Assembly: GCF_004010195.1 (NCBI RefSeq)
Contig: NC_057718.1
Span: 64,529,123 to 64,593,122 of the forward strand
From: Chiloscyllium plagiosum
Lineage: Eukaryota
Length of the DNA: 64,000 nucleotides
Reading direction: 5' to 3'
This document shows, piece by piece, positions 62,346 to 64,000 of the stretch (positions within the stretch are counted from its first letter, which is position 1; each line of letters starts with the position of its first letter). The notes under the pieces were generated by a model. That model made no database searches. It was given only the letters and a program-made list of their open reading frames with translations, and was not told the origin of the DNA. The position numbers were made by a program, and so were the translations under genes.

Positions 62346-63049
62346 CTCAGAAGTAGATTTGTTGTTGTTTTCTTTCTTTTAATCCAAATGTGCTATTATA
62401 CACAACTGAGTAGTTTTTTGTCCCATTAATAAAATCATGCATGTTTTTTTCTTTCATCTATTAACCATCAGTAAATCATCCATGATTACAATTGATAAAT
62501 TTACATACAAAGTCCATTAAGAGCAATGCAAACCATCAAAGGTGAAGGAAGAGGTAGGGAGGGTAAAGGGGATAATAGAAAATGGAGTTGGAAGGGGAGA
62601 TAAAGCACTGTATCCCCTGTGGTGCCCACCTCTCTCTCTAAAGACACTGTATGGATGGATACAATGCACTTTGTCTTCAAGGACACTTGGACATGAACAC
62701 AGCCACAGAAGAGGGGCAGATAGTCATGTAACAGCTACGACCTACTCCACAGCCTGCTGCATGTTGTATTTGTTTATTCGCTTTTTTATGTAAGTTGGGT
62801 TCAGTTTGGTAAGTAAAAACAACAGGTGAGAATTGCTTTGTCAACTGGAAAGGTCTGACCGACGATGACAGCATACTAGTGATGGTAACAGGCCAACCAG
62901 CAACCACTGTCAGTTGTTTTCAACTGGGAACATTCAACTGCCTGGCTACCTAAATAAATTGTTTCAACTGGGCCAGTAAAGTTATTATTGTCCTTCAACA
63001 TTTAATACATGCCACTAGGGAGATTTTCATAACATTCTGGTTTATGGGC

Positions 63050-64000
63050 ATAGGGCACTATATTACATGTATAGAAAATTGGTCTCTGCCCGTCAAACAG
63101 AATAAGAATGACATGTCATTATCAGGTTAACTAACTAAACAATTGGGTACCCTAAAGATTAGAGTCGAAGAGCATGGTGCTGGTAAAGCACAGCCGGTCA
63201 GGCAGCATCTGAGGAGCAGGACACTCGACGTATCGGGCATAAGCCCTTCATAGGAAGGATGAAGATCCTAAAGGTTAATGCTTGGCTCCTATATCAATGG
63301 ACTGTATGAGGAAACTGAGTGCAATGTATCGATGTTTGCTAATGATACAAAATGAGACTTAGAAAAGTGCAATATGAAAAAATTTTTCACTTTGATAGTT
63401 TTTCACATTTTTAAAATAGTGGGAGTCTGGGAAATGTAGGAATTCAGATGTAATAAAGGTTCAATAGACAGATTCCTGGAATGGGGGAATTGACCTATGA
63501 GGAAAGATTGATTAGATTATATTGATTAACTTGGAGTTAAGAAGAATGAGAGATGATATCATAGAATCATACAAAATTCTTGACACACTTAATGGAATAG
63601 ATGATCTAAAAATTATTCCCCTGACTCTAGAGTCTAGATATTTACTAATCAATCTGTTCAGAGATATTATTATATATGCCTAGAGCAGGTGCAGACCTAC
63701 TGGTTCAGAGTCATGGACACCACCCCTCAGCTACAAGAATCATTGGAGTCTAGAACTAGGGTCACAATCAGTACAAGGTGTTGGTCGTTTAGGATTAAAG
63801 TGAGAATTATGAATCTTTGTAATTCAGAAGGTGATGAATACTTAGTTGTTGACTAAATTCAATACAGATTTCAGAAGATTTTTGAATATTAAAAAAGGCA
63901 AGGAAATGGATATAATGCAGGAATGTTGAAATGGAAAAGTAGACCTGATCTCACTGAATGATGGAGTAAGCTTGAAGGATCAAATTGCCCACTCAAGATC
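63050..64000 (+). mobile_element. Very old CR1 RT and 3' fragment
   Basis: MFANDTK, LTYEERL and RRMRDDIIESYKIL. Confidence 0.65.
63158..63266 (-). mobile_element. PLE terminus, family B, decayed HHR
   Basis: CCTAAAG direct repeat at 63151-63157 and 63267-63273. Stem II GGGC/GCCC is retained. Confidence 0.75.

Noticed and set aside
840..62907. ORF track entries as host protein-coding genes
   Set aside because: They are short, often start at GTG/TTG, and map to transposon fragments or their antisense frames. I could not support any exon chain.
3809..63266. Dispersed hairpin repeats as a CRISPR array or rho-independent terminators
   Set aside because: There is no regular repeat-spacer period and no cas gene, the context is eukaryotic, and the hairpins are HHR stem II.

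Overview
Eukaryotic, repeat-saturated genomic DNA. The repeat families (HER1-type CR1 LINEs, HE1-type V-SINEs, SacSINE1-type DeuSINEs) point to a cartilaginous fish; a carpet or bamboo shark is my inference. I found no host gene, rRNA, true tRNA gene or CRISPR array. Nearly all ORFs in the track are fragments or antisense shadows of decayed transposons: CR1, L2 and Rex1 LINEs, Penelope-like elements (PLEs; RT plus GIY-YIG), Gypsy LTR remnants (one with the Gmr1-type PR-IN-RT order), solo LTRs and a Harbinger transposase relic. The most notable signal is about 20 minimal hammerhead ribozyme (HHR) motifs (CUGANGA-N-stem II-GAAA-N-NUH) in at least four sequence families. They belong to PLE termini, and three copies have intact cores. 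Several occur as short head-to-head fold-back insertions with their own target-site duplications (TSDs). Two independent ones share the same CAGGAATTCCTG centre, and one carries the same core mutation in both arms. HHRs in PLEs are established knowledge. The fold-back mini-elements are the best candidate for something undescribed, but this needs genome-wide testing. Boundaries were read by eye and are approximate unless a TSD or terminal motif is quoted.
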